A DNA stretch of 64,000 nt, taken from positions 1,490,001 to 1,554,000 of the forward strand of contig CM075997.1 of the NCBI GenBank assembly GCA_038087875.1, given 5' to 3'. The notes below the pieces were generated by a model that was not told the DNA's origin, searched no databases, and saw nothing but the letters and a program-made list of their open reading frames with translations. The DNA comes from Malacoraja senta (taxonomy: Eukaryota). Shown piece after piece: positions 25,333 to 38,936 of this stretch; within the stretch, counting starts at the first letter, position 1, and the number at the start of each line of letters is the position of its first letter. A program made the translations under genes and the position numbers.

Positions 25333-27210
25333 GGCCTGGCATCGGTGGAGATGGCTCAGCGGCTCGGGCAGCATCTCTGGAGAAAAGGATTGGGTGAAAC
25401 ATCACCGAGTCTTTGGTCTGAAGAAGGGTCTCCACCCGAAACTTTACCTACCCCTTTTCTCCAAAGATGCTGCCTGACCCGCTGAGTTACCCCAGCATTC
25501 AGTGGTCTATTTAGTAGAGATACAGCACGGAAACAGGCCCTTCGGCCCACCGTGTCCCAGCCATCCAGCGATTTCCGCTCACTAACACTATCCTACACAC
25601 ACTAGGGACAATTTACAATTTTACCTAAGCCAATGGACCTACAAACCTGCACGTCTTATGAGTGTGGGAGGAAACCGGAGCACCCGGATAAAACCCCACG
25701 GGGAGAACGTACAAACTCCGTACAGACAGCACCAGAGGTCAAGATCAAACCCGCGTTGAGGCAGCAACTCTACCGCTGCACCATCGTGCCCCCACCAACG
25801 TCAGTGTAGACCAGCATCTTGCAGTTCCTCTCTACACATCAGAGGAGATGGGAATGAGGGTTGGCTCAATCTATGGTCTACAGTCTATGCATCGCGCTAG
25901 GCCAGACCGATCCCATCTTTGTCAAGCCAGTGTCACCAGGACACAGGGCCTTAACGAGAGAAAACAAGAAGCCACAGATCTCCTTGGGACAAGATCGGAC
26001 TTTTCAGAGACTTGGAAGTTTCAGGATGGTGTTGGAACATGGCGACCTTCTGCTTGCTGTTCCAGAAGAGGACCCAATACACTGATGTAGAGCATGGCTT
26101 GACTAGATAGCACGTATTTCACTGTATCTCTGTACGCAAAACAATAAACATACAAACAAATCAATCAGAAGAAGGGTCTCGACCCAAAATGTCGCCCATT
26201 CCGTCTCTCCAGAGATGCTGCCTCACCCGCTGAGTTTCTCCAGCATTTTGTGTCTACCTTCAAAACAAACAAACTGACTAACTAACCAACTGACCCATCC
26301 TATCAACAACTAGAGAGCAGTCCAAAGCAAATATCCACCTCATTGTAGACCCTCAAGCTATCCTTACATAGAAAATAGGTGCAGGAGTAGGCCATTCGGT
26401 CCTTCGAGCCAGCACCGCCATTCAATATGATCATGGCTGATCATCCAAAATCAGTCTCCCGTTCCTGCTTTTTCCCCCATATCCCGATGATTCCGTTAGC
26501 CCTAAGAGCTCTATCTAACTCTCTCTTGAAAACATCCAGTGAATTGGCCTCCACTGCATTCTGTGGCAGAGAATTCCACAGATTCACAACTCTTTGGGTG
26601 AAAATATATCCTCAAAGAATTCCAGAGGATTAGCCAAGCATGATTTAATTGGACTATCTTGCACCAAATGATATTCCCTTTATCAATGCATCTGTAACGA
26701 TTATAGTATTTCTGCTGACTGGTTAGCACATAACAAAAAGCTTTTCACTGCACCTCAGTACAAGTACAAACTAATTGACCAGCTAACCGACCAACTAACA
26801 GTAGCCCTTTAATCTAATTTCCCAATCTGCCACGCATTCTAACAACTTTGCAATTTCCTTCATTTTAATCAAAAACCGGTTTCAAATTGAATGACAACAC
26901 TAAGAAAAATGTGTAAACATTATTACGATCACTCTTTCACAGAACCATTTTATAACAAAATTATTAATTAAACCCCTTTCATGAGACACCAAGTAATATA
27001 TTAAAAATCATTTACTCTTTCCTGCTTCTTCATAAACTGACCAGACATCCATTTTGTTTGCATTCCAGAAATTCATCCTTTAATCCACACAGACAAATCC
27101 AATCATATTAAAACTAACAGTCCGTTACTGGACTGTCAATGTTGGCACGCTGACCTTCATCAGTCAGGGATGAGAGAATGGAAGTCGGGATGTGATGTTA
27201 CAGTTGTACA

Positions 27211-27697
27211 TAGGCTTGCCAACTTTCTCACTCCCAAATAAGGGACAAAAGGTCAAAATACGGGGCAAATTCCCCACGGCAATTCGTGGATTGACTCGGC
27301 CGTGTCTGGGTGAATGATGAGATGGCCCGGGTGCTGGACTGCACACAAAGTCCAGCCGGCGGGCCAGCTGAGGAGTTTTGGCCCAGGCCACAAGACGTCG
27401 CGCGCAAAGCCCGGCGCCCCATCCAACTCATGAACCGGCCACGAGAAGGTGTCAGCGGTAAGCGAAGGTCTGGAGATCGGACAGCTGGCCAGGCTGCCGA
27501 CCGACGGGGCCACGGGCGAGGCGCTGCTGCACTCCCTGGGCTGCACTACGTCGGGACGGGTGAGGCGGGGCCGGACGCGGCGCTCCGACCCGAGTAGTAA
27601 CAGTCAAATACGGGACAAGGGCCGTCCCGTACGGGACAAACCAATTTAGCCCAATATACGGGACGTCCAGGCTAATACGGGACAGTTGGCAACCCTA
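27211..27697. mobile_element. Non-autonomous hAT (Blackjack-like) MITE inserted in a CR1 fragment
   Basis: TIRs TAGGCTTGCCAACT / AGTTGGCAACCCTA, perfect 8-bp TSD GTTGTACA (27203-27210, 27698-27705), subterminal ACGGGACA repeats. Confidence 0.88.
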
Positions 27698-28255
27698 GTT
27701 GTACAAGACGTTGGCGAGGCCACACTTGCAGTACTGTGTTCAGTTTTGCTCACCCTGTTCTTGAAAGAATGTCATTACGCTGGAGATAGCGCAGAGAAGA
27801 TTTACAAGGACGAAGGAGGATCTCTGGAGAAAAGGAACAGGTGATGTTTCGGGTCGGTCTCTTCCTCAGACTTTTTCCTCCAGAAATGCTGCCTGACCCG
27901 CTGAGTTACTCCAGCATTTTGTGTCTATTTTCTTGACAAAGAAGCATTTATTGCCAGGACTCAAGAGCCTGAAGTGCTGTGGGATTTTGGGAAGATTAAG
28001 ACTATTCCTTGGAAGGCAGTAAGCAGAGGGATGATCTTGGTCTTGGAAGAAGGATTTCGGCCCGAAACGTTGCCAATTTCCTTCGCTCCATAGATGCTGC
28101 TGCTGCACCCGCTGAGTTTCTCCAGCACTTTTGTCTACCTTAGAGGGATGATCTTACACAGGTGCATAAAATCACGAGGGGCACAGATTCACAGACTTTC
28201 CCATCATAGTGTGATCAAGAAGTAGAGGACATAAAGGTGAGGGGGGAAAGATTTC

Positions 28256-28628
28256 AGGGCCTGCCCCACTTACGCGACTTTTTCGGCGACTGCCGGCACC
28301 CGTCATAGGTCGATGCAGGTCGCCGAAAATTTTCAACATGTTGAAAATCCAGCAGCGACCAGACAAGGTACGACTCTTTGGGCGACTACTCACGACCATA
28401 CAGGCGTCAGCAAGTAAAATGTCGCCAGGGTGACGCTTGTATGGTCGCGAGTAGTCTCCTCAGTCACCCAAAGTAAAGATACTAGAGGAGCCACTTTGGT
28501 CCAAAGAGTCGTAGCGTCTTTCTGGTCGCCGCTGGATTTTCAACGCTGAAAATTTTCGGCGACCTGCTGCGACTATGACGGGTGCCGGCAAGTCGCCCGA
28601 AAAAAATCACGTAAGTGGGACAGGCCCT
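28256..28628. mobile_element. Palindromic MITE, PIF/Harbinger-like
   Basis: AGGGCCTGCCCCACTTACG...CGTAAGTGGGACAGGCCCT with an internal inverted repeat. Related to 47778-48110 and the partial copy at 48903-49030. Confidence 0.72.
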
Positions 28629-30513
28629 TAAATAGGAACCCGAGTGACAACATTGTCACACAGGTGGCGGGTATTTGGAACAAGCTGCCAGAGGAAGTTG
28701 TTGAGGCAGGTACAATAACAATTAAAGGACTTTTGGGCAGGTGAGTGGATTGGAAAGAGGGGGATGGGCAAACACAGGTAAATGAGAGATAGACACAAAG
28801 AGCTGGAGGAACTCAGCCGGTCAGGCAGCATCTCTGGAGAAAAGGGTGACGATTTGGGTTAAGACCAGGTTCAGGAATAGCTACTTCCCCACAGCTATCA
28901 GGCTATTAAACTTGGCTCGGACGAAACTCTGAACATTAATAGCCCATTATCTGTTATTTGCACTTTATCTGTTTGTTTATTTATTCATGTGTGTATATAT
29001 TTATATAATGTATATGGACACACTGATCTGTTTTGTAGTCAATGCCTACTATATTCTGTTGTGCTGAAGCAAAGCAAGAATTTCATTGTCCTATCAGGGA
29101 CACATGACAATAAACTCACTTGAATCTTAAGAACCTTCTTGAGACTGGAAATTTCAGACATTTCTCCAGAGATGCTGCCTGACCCGCTGAGTTATTCCCG
29201 TTTTTGTATCTATCTTCAGTTTAAACCAGCTTCTGCAGTTCCTTCCTAGGCAGGTACCTGTAAGTGGAACTAGTCTAGATAGGGCAACTTGAGCAAGTTG
29301 GGCCGAAGGACCTGCAGCTGTGCTGAATGACTCCGACTCTTATGCAACACGTCCATGTAATGACCTAATTTATACTGCGCCCCGCATCACAGCCACCAAC
29401 ATTTCTATAAAACCACTCCCCTCAATGTTATTTGCTCCCCTCGTTCTTTCTGGGTTGCACCCAAACAGAGCCCACAATCTACAGAGACAACTTCACACCA
29501 TCTTCTGCACCATCCATTCTCAGAGTCCATGGTACACAGCTCCAGAGGTGCTACAATAAGAACTATATTCTGCACTCTGTATCTTCACCTTTGCTCTATC
29601 TATTGTACTCGAGTTTGACTCGAGTGTAATTATGTATAGTATCTGATCTGCTCGATCAGCGGGCAAAACAAAAGCATGGACAAGTTTAGTTTAGTCTAGA
29701 GATACAGAGCGGAAACAGGCCCTTCGGCACGACGACAAGCGATCAACCCACACCCTAGCACTATCCTATACAATGGGGCAATGTACAATTTCACCAAAGC
29801 CAATTAAACTACCAACCTGTACGTCTTTGGAGCGTGGGAGGGAACTGGAGCACCCGGAGGTCACGTACGCGAGGGGAGCACGTGCAAACTCCGCACAGAC
29901 AGCGCCCGCAATCAGTATCGAACCCGGGTCTCTGGCGCTGTGAGGCAGCAACTCTACCGCTGCGCCACCCTGCCGCCCGCCTGGGTTGAAAAGCCCGATT
30001 CCATGCAGTACAACTTGATGACTACACTTGGCATTCTGTTTAAGAAGGAACTGCAGATGCTGGAAAAATCGAAGGTAGACAAAAATGCTGGAGAAACTCA
30101 GCGGGTGAGGCAGCATCTATGGAGCGAAGGAAATAGGCGGCATTTTGGACTCTGGCATCTTTTGTCTTTGCATTGCGCACAGCAGTTACAGGCTGTTTAA
30201 GCAGGTGGAGACAGATCACTCAACTAGTGTGTGTGTAGCTAAACCTTCTCCTCCCACCCCAGTCACCAGAACAGGATGAGGGGTGGTGGTGGTGGGGGAG
30301 AGAAAGAAGATGGAGGGGGTCGTTGGTTGCAAACATGAGAGAGAAACAGCTTTAACTGCAGAAACCAAACTCCAGGACAGCTGATATAATTCAGGAGGAA
30401 AGGATCGGCAACAGCAACACACCATTTAACAATAAGATCATTGTCACACCCAGGACAATCTCCTGTTCCAGCCAGCAACACTCCCACCTAATCGTATCCA
30501 TCTTGCTCAATGT

Positions 30514-30872
30514 TTAAGATTGTTAAGGGTTTGGACACACTAGAGGCAGGAAACATGTTCCCGATGTTGGGGGAGTCCAGAACCAGGGACCACTGTTTAA
30601 GAATAAGGGGTAAGCCATTTAGAACGGAGACGAGGAAACACTTTTTCTCACAGAGAGTGGTGAGTCTGTGGAATTCTCTGCCTCAGAGGGCGGTGGAGGC
30701 AGGTTCTCTGGATGCTTTCAAGAGAGAGCTAGATAGGGCTCTTAAAAATAGCGGAGTCAGGGGATATGGGGAGAAGGCAGGAACGGGGTACTGATTGAGG
30801 ATGATCAGCCATGATCACATTAAATGGCGGTACTGGCTCAAAGGGCCGAATGGCCTACTCCTGCGTCTATTG
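30514..30872 (+). mobile_element. CR1 LINE 3' end
   Basis: ORF 30510..30794 KIVKGLDTLEAG...GYGEKAGTGY followed by the conserved 3' UTR. Confidence 0.85.
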
Positions 30873-33199
30873 TTTAAACCTGCAACTTTGATCCAACAGT
30901 TCTTTAAATGGAAACATTATTTCCCTCATATCCACCACCTTTCCCCCCCCTCCTCGCCTGTTCAACCACCCACACCCTCTCCCTGACCTCCCCTCCACCC
31001 CCCCCCCCACATTCAGGGACAGCACAGTGACGCAGTGGCTGATAGTGTTTGTGTTTGGCGATCGCTGGTTGGTGCGGACTCGGTGGGCCTAACGACCTGT
31101 TTCGGGACCCTTCATCAGCTGTCAGCAGAGGTAGTTGAGGCAGGTACAACATTTATTCCACTCCCCCCCCCCCCCAACTCTCAGTCTGAAGAAGGGTCTC
31201 GACGCAAAACGTCACCTATTGCTTTCCTCCAGAGATGCTGCCTGTCCCGCTGAGTTACTCCAGCTTTCTGTGTCTATCTAACACTTGGACAGGTACATGG
31301 ATAGGAATGATTGAGAGAGAAATATGGGGGCAAATGCAGATAAATGGCACCAGCATTGATGGGACATCTTGGTCAGTATAGACAAATTGGGCTGAAGGGC
31401 CTGTTTCCATGCTGTATAACTCAGACTCTTTTCAGATCCAAAGTATAAAACTGTCATGTTTACTTCACGATCTCCCTGTCCCTTGGGGAGTGGAGTTAGA
31501 TAAAAAAAAAATTTAATTATAGTTTAGCTAATAACATTCCAACCCGCAACGTCACCTAAAAGTCTGAAAAGGCCTCCCGGACCGAATCATCACCTATCCA
31601 TTTTCTTCAGAAATGCTGCCTGACCGGCTGAGTTACTCCAGCACCTCGTGTCCTTTCATGCATTAACCAGCATCTGCAGTTCCTTGTATCTACAGGTTGG
31701 ATCTTAACCCTTGAAGCGGTGGGTCACAGATAACAGGGAGAAACTGATTCATGGAACCCTACAGCTCAGGAACAGGCCCTTCGGCCCTTTCATCCATGCT
31801 GGCCAGATGGCCCATCCAAGCTAGTCCCATTTGCCTACATTTGGCCTGTATCACCTCTAAACCTCGTGTGTAATAAGGAACTGCAGATGCTGGTTAAAAT
31901 CGAAGGTAGACACAAAATGCTGGAGTAACTCAGCGGGTCAGGCAGCATCTCTGGAGAAAATGGTTAGGTGACGTTTCATGCCATTCAACATGATCATGGC
32001 TGATCATTCAAAATTAGTACCCCTTTCCTGCTTTCACCCCATATCCCTCGATCCCGTAAGCCACAAGAGCTAAATCTAACTCTCTTGAATACATCAAGCA
32101 AATCGGCCTCCACTGCCTTCTGCAGCAGAGAATTCCACAGATTCACAACTCTCTGGGTGAAAACATTTTTCCTCATCTCAGTCCTAAATGGCCCACCCCA
32201 TATTCTTAAACTGTGACCCCCTGTTTCTGGACTCCCCCGACATAGGGAACATTTTTCCTGCGTCTAGCCTGTCCAATCCCTTAAGAATTTTGTACGTTTC
32301 TATAAGATCCCCTCTCATCCTTCCAGTGAACACGAAGCCAGCAAAGTCCTATCAAAAATAGTCAGACGGTCTCCTATGAGGCAGATAGCAGTTCAGGAAA
32401 CAGTCTACGGAAAGACAATACATGATAAATGGTACGAGGCAGGGACAGGTTTGGTGATGGGTCACCCTGTTACTCATGTTCTCGTTTTTAGCCACTGACA
32501 CACTTGTTTTGCCGGCTGCAGTCTAAATCAACATTGATGCTGTGAGCCAAACACTGAGGAGCATTCAGGAGGATCGCAGTCGTGAGAGACAGAAAACAAA
32601 TGAGAGAGGCAAACAACACACAGCCCCTTGTTGCCGGTGGCTGGGAGGACAAGAATGGGGAAGTTGTTCCTGCCTGCTCACAAACTCCGGCCACAAACAC
32701 ACTGGATCCGGAGCGGTAGATTGCTGCCTTACAGCCAATGCGCCGCTGGAGACCCGGGTTCGATCCCAACTACCGGGGTTGCCTGTACGGAGTTTGTACG
32801 TTCTCCCCGTGACACGAGTGGGTTTTCCCCGAGATCTTCGGTCTCCAAAGACGTACAGGGTTTGTAGATTAATCGGCTTGGTAAATGTAAAAATGTTGGT
32901 GTTCTCTCACTCGACTGCACAGCGGGGACAATGACTGGGTTAAACCACCACAAGAAGTGTGTGGGTTCGAAGGTTCATGTCCAAAGTGCAGATCATTAAG
33001 CTGCAAAATGTATCGACTCTTCACAGCTGTTCCACTTGTCATGGAGTCTTCGAGCTGTACAGCAGGGAAACAGGCCCTTCGGCCCACCTTGTCTACACCA
33101 ACCAAGTTGACATACTGGGCTAGTCCAATCTGCCTGCATTTGGCCCATAGCTCCCCAAACCATATATCTGTCCAAATGTCTTTTAGTAATTGTTTAATT

Positions 33200-33495
33200 T
33201 AGTTTAGTTTAGAGATACAGCGTGGAAACAGACGCCTCGGCCCACCTGGTCCGCGCCGACCACACTAGTACCATCCTAAACACTAGGGACGATTTATAAT
33301 TTTTACCAAAGACATTTAACTTACAGACCTGCACGTCTTTGGGGTGTGGGAGGAAACCGAAGCACCCGGAGAAAACCTACGTGGCCACAGGGAGAACGTA
33401 CAAACTCCGTACGGACACCAGCCGTAGTCAGGATCGAACCCGGGTCTCTGGCGCTGTGAGGCAGCAACTCTACCGCTGCGCCACCGTGCCACCCT
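33200..33495 (-). mobile_element. HE1-like SINE
   Basis: Full-length reverse copy with (CTAAA)n tail. Confidence 0.8.
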
Positions 33496-34837
33496 GGCTG
33501 CTCATTCCAGATATGGACTACACTCTCAGTGAGAACGTTGTCCACGGGCTGCCTCTTAAAATTCTCCTCTCACCTTAGCCTATGCCCTCAAATTTTATAT
33601 ACCTTTAGCCTGGGGAACAAAGCCCGTGAATATTCACTTTATCCATGATTTTGTCCACTTCTTATCCTCCTCGGCTCCAAAGAAGGAAAAAAAACAACTC
33701 CCGAGTGTCCCTATAACTCAAGCTCAGGTAACATCAAATGAATAAGTTTATTGGCCAAGTATTCACATACAAGGAATTTGCTTTGGTGCTCCGCCCGCAA
33801 GTAGAGATGGCTGTGTTTCTTCCCAGTTGTTACCCGGCAAATGAACCATCCCACCATAACTGGAGAGCAGTCCCGAACCTCATTGGTGATCCTCAATCTT
33901 TAAGCAGACTTTACTGGCTTTACCTTGCACTAAAACATGACTCCATTCTAGTGCATCCATGCACTGTAAATGACGATTATAATTGGGTATTGTCTTTCTG
34001 CTGGCTGGTTAGCACGCAACAAAAGCTTTTCACTGTACCTCGGTGCATGTGACAATAAGTTAAACTGGACTGTGGAGGCCAAGTCAATGGATCTTTTTTT
34101 AAGGCGGAGGTGGTCACAAAATGCTGGAGTAACTCAGCGGGACAGACAGCATCTCTGGAGAGAAGGAATGGGTGACGTTTCGAGTCGAGACCCTTCTTAA
34201 GGCGGAGATTGACAGATACTTGATTAGTACAGGTGTCAGGGGTTATGGGGCGAAGGCAGGAGAATGGGGTTGAGGGGGAAAGATAGATCAGCCATGAGTG
34301 AATGACAGAGAAGACTTGATGGGCCGAATGGCCTAATTCTTCTCCTATGAACATCCCAGTGAAAGAGACACAGAAGTGTGAAAACGCACACCTCCGGATT
34401 CAAGTACAGTTTCTTCCCAGCTGTTATCAGGCAACTGAACCATCCTACCACCAACTAGAGACGAACCTAAGCTACTATCTACCTCATCGGAGACCCTCGG
34501 ACTAGCTTTAAACAGATTTTACCTTGGACTAAATGTCATTCCCTTCATCATGTATCTGAACACTGTGGACGGCTCGATTGTAATGATCTATAGGATGCGG
34601 GTCAGGTAGCATTTCTGGAGAAAAGGAAGGGGTGATGTTTTGGGTCGAGACTTCTTCAGTCTCATGTACTGCCATTCTGCTGACTGGTTAGCAGCCAACA
34701 AAAGCTTTTCACTGTGCCCTCGGTACATGTGACAATAATAAACACAAACCCAAAAAAATGCATATCAGGCACAGCCTAAAGGAACAGAATGTCCTATGTT
34801 ACGTGACTATTTCACGTCAATACAAAGATACAGGTAA

Positions 34838-35120
34838 GGGCGGCACAGCGGTAGAGTTGCTGCCTTACAGCGCCAGAGACCCGACTAGTGGTGCTGTCTT
34901 TATGGAGTTTGTACGTTCTCCTCGTGACTGCGTGGGTTTTCTCTGAGATGATCGGTTTCCTCCCACACTCCAAAGACGTACAGGTTTGTAGGTTAATTGG
35001 CTTGGGTATAAATATGAGATTGTCCCTAGGGTGTACAGGATGGTGTTAATGTGGGGGGATTGCTGGTCGGTGCGGACACGGTGGGCCGAAGGGCCTGTAT
35101 CTCTAAAATCAAACTAAAAT
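34838..35120 (+). mobile_element. HE1-like SINE
   Basis: Head, core and tail present; B box partly deleted. Confidence 0.78.
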
Positions 35121-36540
35121 ACAGATGCTCACAATAACATTTATTTATTAGGACAAACAGGGTGTGGAGACGTGATTATGTAATACACTTTGCATGCCTG
35201 AAGGCACATGATCGATGGGCCGAATGGGCTCATCCTAGGCTGTATTAACTCTGGGTTAGGGCGGGGACAATTGGGAGCAGGCAGAACCCATCATCTCTTC
35301 TCCCCCTTGTCCTTCCTGTCTGGACACTCCCTCTTGTTATCAGATCTAACCAGCTTCCAAGGAACACACCAGACAGGTGGAACTTGCAATGGCTCATAGC
35401 TTGTATTAACCCTTTCAACCCGACATTCAGCAAAACTCAGCAGAAGCCATGATCAGGCCACTGAACCGTCCTACCAAACCCAGAGAGTGAGGGCTGAACC
35501 ACTATTTACTGCTTAGGTGACCCTCGGACTGTCCTTGATCGGACTTTGCTGGCTTTACCTTGCACTTAACCCAGTTCCCTTGCCATGTACAAGAAGGAAC
35601 TGGAAAATCGAAGGTCGACAAAATTGCTGCAAAATTCCCTTGTCATGTATCTGTGCACACTGTAAATGGACCGATTGACATCACCATCAGGTATTGTGTT
35701 TCTGTTGACTGGCTCGAAGGGCCGAATGGCCTACCCCTGCACCTATTGTCTATTGTTAGCACGCAACAAAAGCTTGTCACTGTACCTCGGTACACGTGAC
35801 AATAAACTGAACTAAGACAGACAAGCAAAATGCTGGCGTTACTCAGCGGGTCAGGCGGCATCTCTGGAGAACAAAAAAAAAACAGGTGACATTTTGGGTC
35901 GGGACCTTCCTTCAGACTGAAAGATGAGGGAATTAGAGGTGAGAAAAGGCCATAATAATAATATATTTTATTGTCCTTGCACAGAGGTACAATGATATTT
36001 GGTATGCAGCTTCCATCCGATGTCATAACTTAATCAACTACAAATTTAGACACCCAGAGAAACAAGATTTTTTTTTTTTAAATAGTACAACAGTATAAAG
36101 TGCCAAAACAGGGCCAGCACCAGATGACCTCAGTGGTCAGGGAGTGTCTGGAGAGGGAATGGACAGATGATGTTTTGGGTTGCAACCCTTCTAAATACAT
36201 TCCCTCCATTGTCGCTGCCTGACCCGCCGAGTTCCTCCAGCACTTTGTGGTTTCGCTCACGATCGCAGCACCTGCAGTTCCTTGGGTCACCATTACACAA
36301 TCCAGGAAACAAAGGCACCCCCCCCCCCCCCCACACTCCTGTTGAATCTAGCTCAAGGCAGGGGAGATACCGGGAACTGCAGCTGCTGGTATCTTGAACA
36401 AAACACAAAGTTTACCGGAGAGCTCACCGAATTCCCCTTCATTCATTTACCCAGATCACGGGGAGGGGGAGGGGGAGGGGGAGGGGGAGGGGGGGGGGGT
36501 GGCTCACAGCCAAAAGTTAGCACTTTCTTTGGGGACATAG

Positions 36541-37027
36541 CACAGAGACAGACAGAGAGACACACACACACACACAACACAGATAGAGAGACAGAGACAC
36601 ACACAGACAGAAACACACACACACAGAGACAGAAACACACACACACACACACAGAGACAGAAACACACACACACACACAGAGACAGAAACACACACACAC
36701 ACACACACAGAGACAGAAACACACACACACACAGAGAGACAGAAACACACACACACACAGAGAGACAGAAACACACACACACACAGAGAGAGACAGAAAC
36801 ACACACACACACACACAGAGACAGAAACACACACACACAGAGAGAGACAGAAACACACACACACACAGAGAGAGACAGAAACACACACACACACACACAC
36901 AGAGACAGAAACACACACACACACACACAGAGACAGAAACACACACACACAGACAGAGACAGAAACACACACACAGACAGAGAGACAGAAACACACACAC
37001 ACAGAGACAGAGATACAGAGACAGACA
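36541..37027. repeat. Minisatellite-like GAGACAGAAA(CA)n array
   Basis: Direct reading. Confidence 0.95.
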
Positions 37028-38551
37028 AGCTGGAGAAGCGAGAACAAAATTGGGAAGAGGGGGGGGAGGAACAAAATGGAGAGACAGAGGGGAGGGGGGA
37101 AGAGAAAATTGGAAGGGGGAGAAAATTGGAGGTGTGTTGGGGGGGGGGGAGGAGAAAATTGGGGGTGTGGGGGGGGGGAGAGAGTGTCGTCTTTGGGGCA
37201 CACTGGGCGGCTTCCTTGGGACAGCAGCGTTACCTCCTGCGCCACGGAAGCCGCCCCTCCCCGGCGCCGGGACAAGGTGAGACGACACAAGGTTACCTGT
37301 ACCTGTACCTGCCGGCGTGTCGTTCATGAGCTCCGAGCCCGGCTTGAAGTTTGGGGGGGGGGGGGGGAGGAAGCTGGAGAAAGGGGAATAAAAATTGGGA
37401 AGAGAGTGAGGGGAACAAAATGAAGAGAAAGAGGGGGGGGGTGGAGGAGAGAATTGGGGGGAAAAGAGGGGGAGAGACGAGGATGTCGAATGGAAGCTGT
37501 AAAGAGGGAAGAAAGCTGGAGAAGAGAGAATGGAGGGGAGGGGGGGGGGGTGAAATTTGGAAGATGAAGGGGGGGGGGGAAACCAGGTTAGACAACAGTG
37601 GAGGAGTTGCTGCCTCACAACGCCGGGGACCCGGGTTCGATCCCGACCACGGGCGCTGCCTGTGCGGAGTTTGTACGTTCTCCCTGTGACCCGCGGGGGT
37701 TTTCTCCTGGTGCTCCGGTTCCCCCCCCCAACCACCCTCCAAAAGACGTCTGTACAGGTTTGTAGGCTAATTGGTGTAAGTGTAAATTGTCCCTAATGTG
37801 TGTGTGTGTGTGTGTGTGATTAGTGTATTAGTGGACTGGTCGGTGGGCCGAAAGGCCTGTTTCCGCGTAGTTCCCAACCTTTTTCGTCCCGTTTACCCCT
37901 GGGAAAAGTAAATTTACCTCCAGCCTGTTTTGTCCAGTCATTTGAGTTCACACTTCTATAGAGCAACCGACAAACTAAGGGGACATTTAAAAATACTGCT
38001 TTTTAACAAATTTACCCCCTGGGTAGGGGACATGTACCCCCTGGGGGATAAAATTGTCCCAGGTTGTGAACCCTTGCTAGTATGTGGCTAGAGGCAGGAA
38101 ACATGTTCCCGATGTTGGGGGAGTCCAGAACCAGGGGCCACACACAGTTTAAGAATATTTAGAACAGAGACAAGGAAACACTTTTTCACAGAGAGTGGTG
38201 AGTCTGTGGAATTCTCTGCCTCAGAGGGCGGTGGAGGCAGGTTCTCTGGATACTTTCAAGAGAGAGCTAGATAGGGCTCTTAAAAACAGGGGAGTCAGGG
38301 GATATGGGGAGAAGGCAGGAACGGGGATGATAAGCCATGATCATTGAATGGCGGTGCTGGCTCGAAGGGCCAAATGGCCTACTCCTGCACCTATTGTCTG
38401 AAGAATGGTTTCGGCCCGAAACGTTGCCTATTCCCTTCGCTCCTTAGATGCTGCTGCACCCGCTGAGTTTCTCCAGCACTTTTGTCTACCGTCTATTGTT
38501 CTAAAACTAAAACTTGAAAGACTAAAAGCGAGCAGAAACGTGTGTGTTTAC

Positions 38552-38936
38552 CTGTCGGCGTGTCGTTGTGCTGCACGGAGCCAGGTTTGAAGTTGGCCTC
38601 GAAGCCCGGCCGCGGGTGGAGGGTGCAGACCGGGGGTGTCTGTCCGAGCGGGCAGTTGACCAGGTGGCAGCGGGTGTGTTCGGGCTCGGAGACGGAGACC
38701 AGGGCGAGGGTGCAGCGGGGCAGCGAGCAACACCGGCTCAGGCACTCGGCCGAGCTGTTCACCTCCGGCGAGTCGAGCAGCGACGCCCCGCGATCCACGC
38801 TGCCCGCCTCAAGGCTGAAACCCCCGGACACATTGAAGGAAGTCAGGCATTCCTCCTCGGCCCGGGCCGCCGGGGCACAGAACAGGAGGAGGAGGAGGTG
38901 GAGGTAACAGGAGAGAGCTGGAAACACGGACGCCAT
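38552..38936 (-). CDS. SPINT2: SPINT2-like coding exon 1: signal peptide + MANSC domain (MASVFPALSCYLHLLLLLFCAPAARA-EEECL...NFKPGSVQHNDTPT)
   Basis: ATG at 38936 inside an exon whose acceptor (cttcag|) starts it at 38954. Hydrophobic leader ending ARA, Cys pattern CLSRCCSLPRCTLA...CHLVNC...VC typical of MANSC. Donor cag|gtaaac. 385 nt, phase 1. Confidence 0.9.

Noticed and set aside
36282..37735. Longest ORFs (430, 332 and 257 aa)
   Set aside because: Translations of microsatellite and G/C runs. Only the 15-aa duplicated exon end has meaning.
21555..38551. Expected SPINT1-type PKD-like exon between MANSC and Kunitz A
   Set aside because: No open, splice-flanked candidate recognised by eye. 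A tblastn search is needed to exclude it fully.
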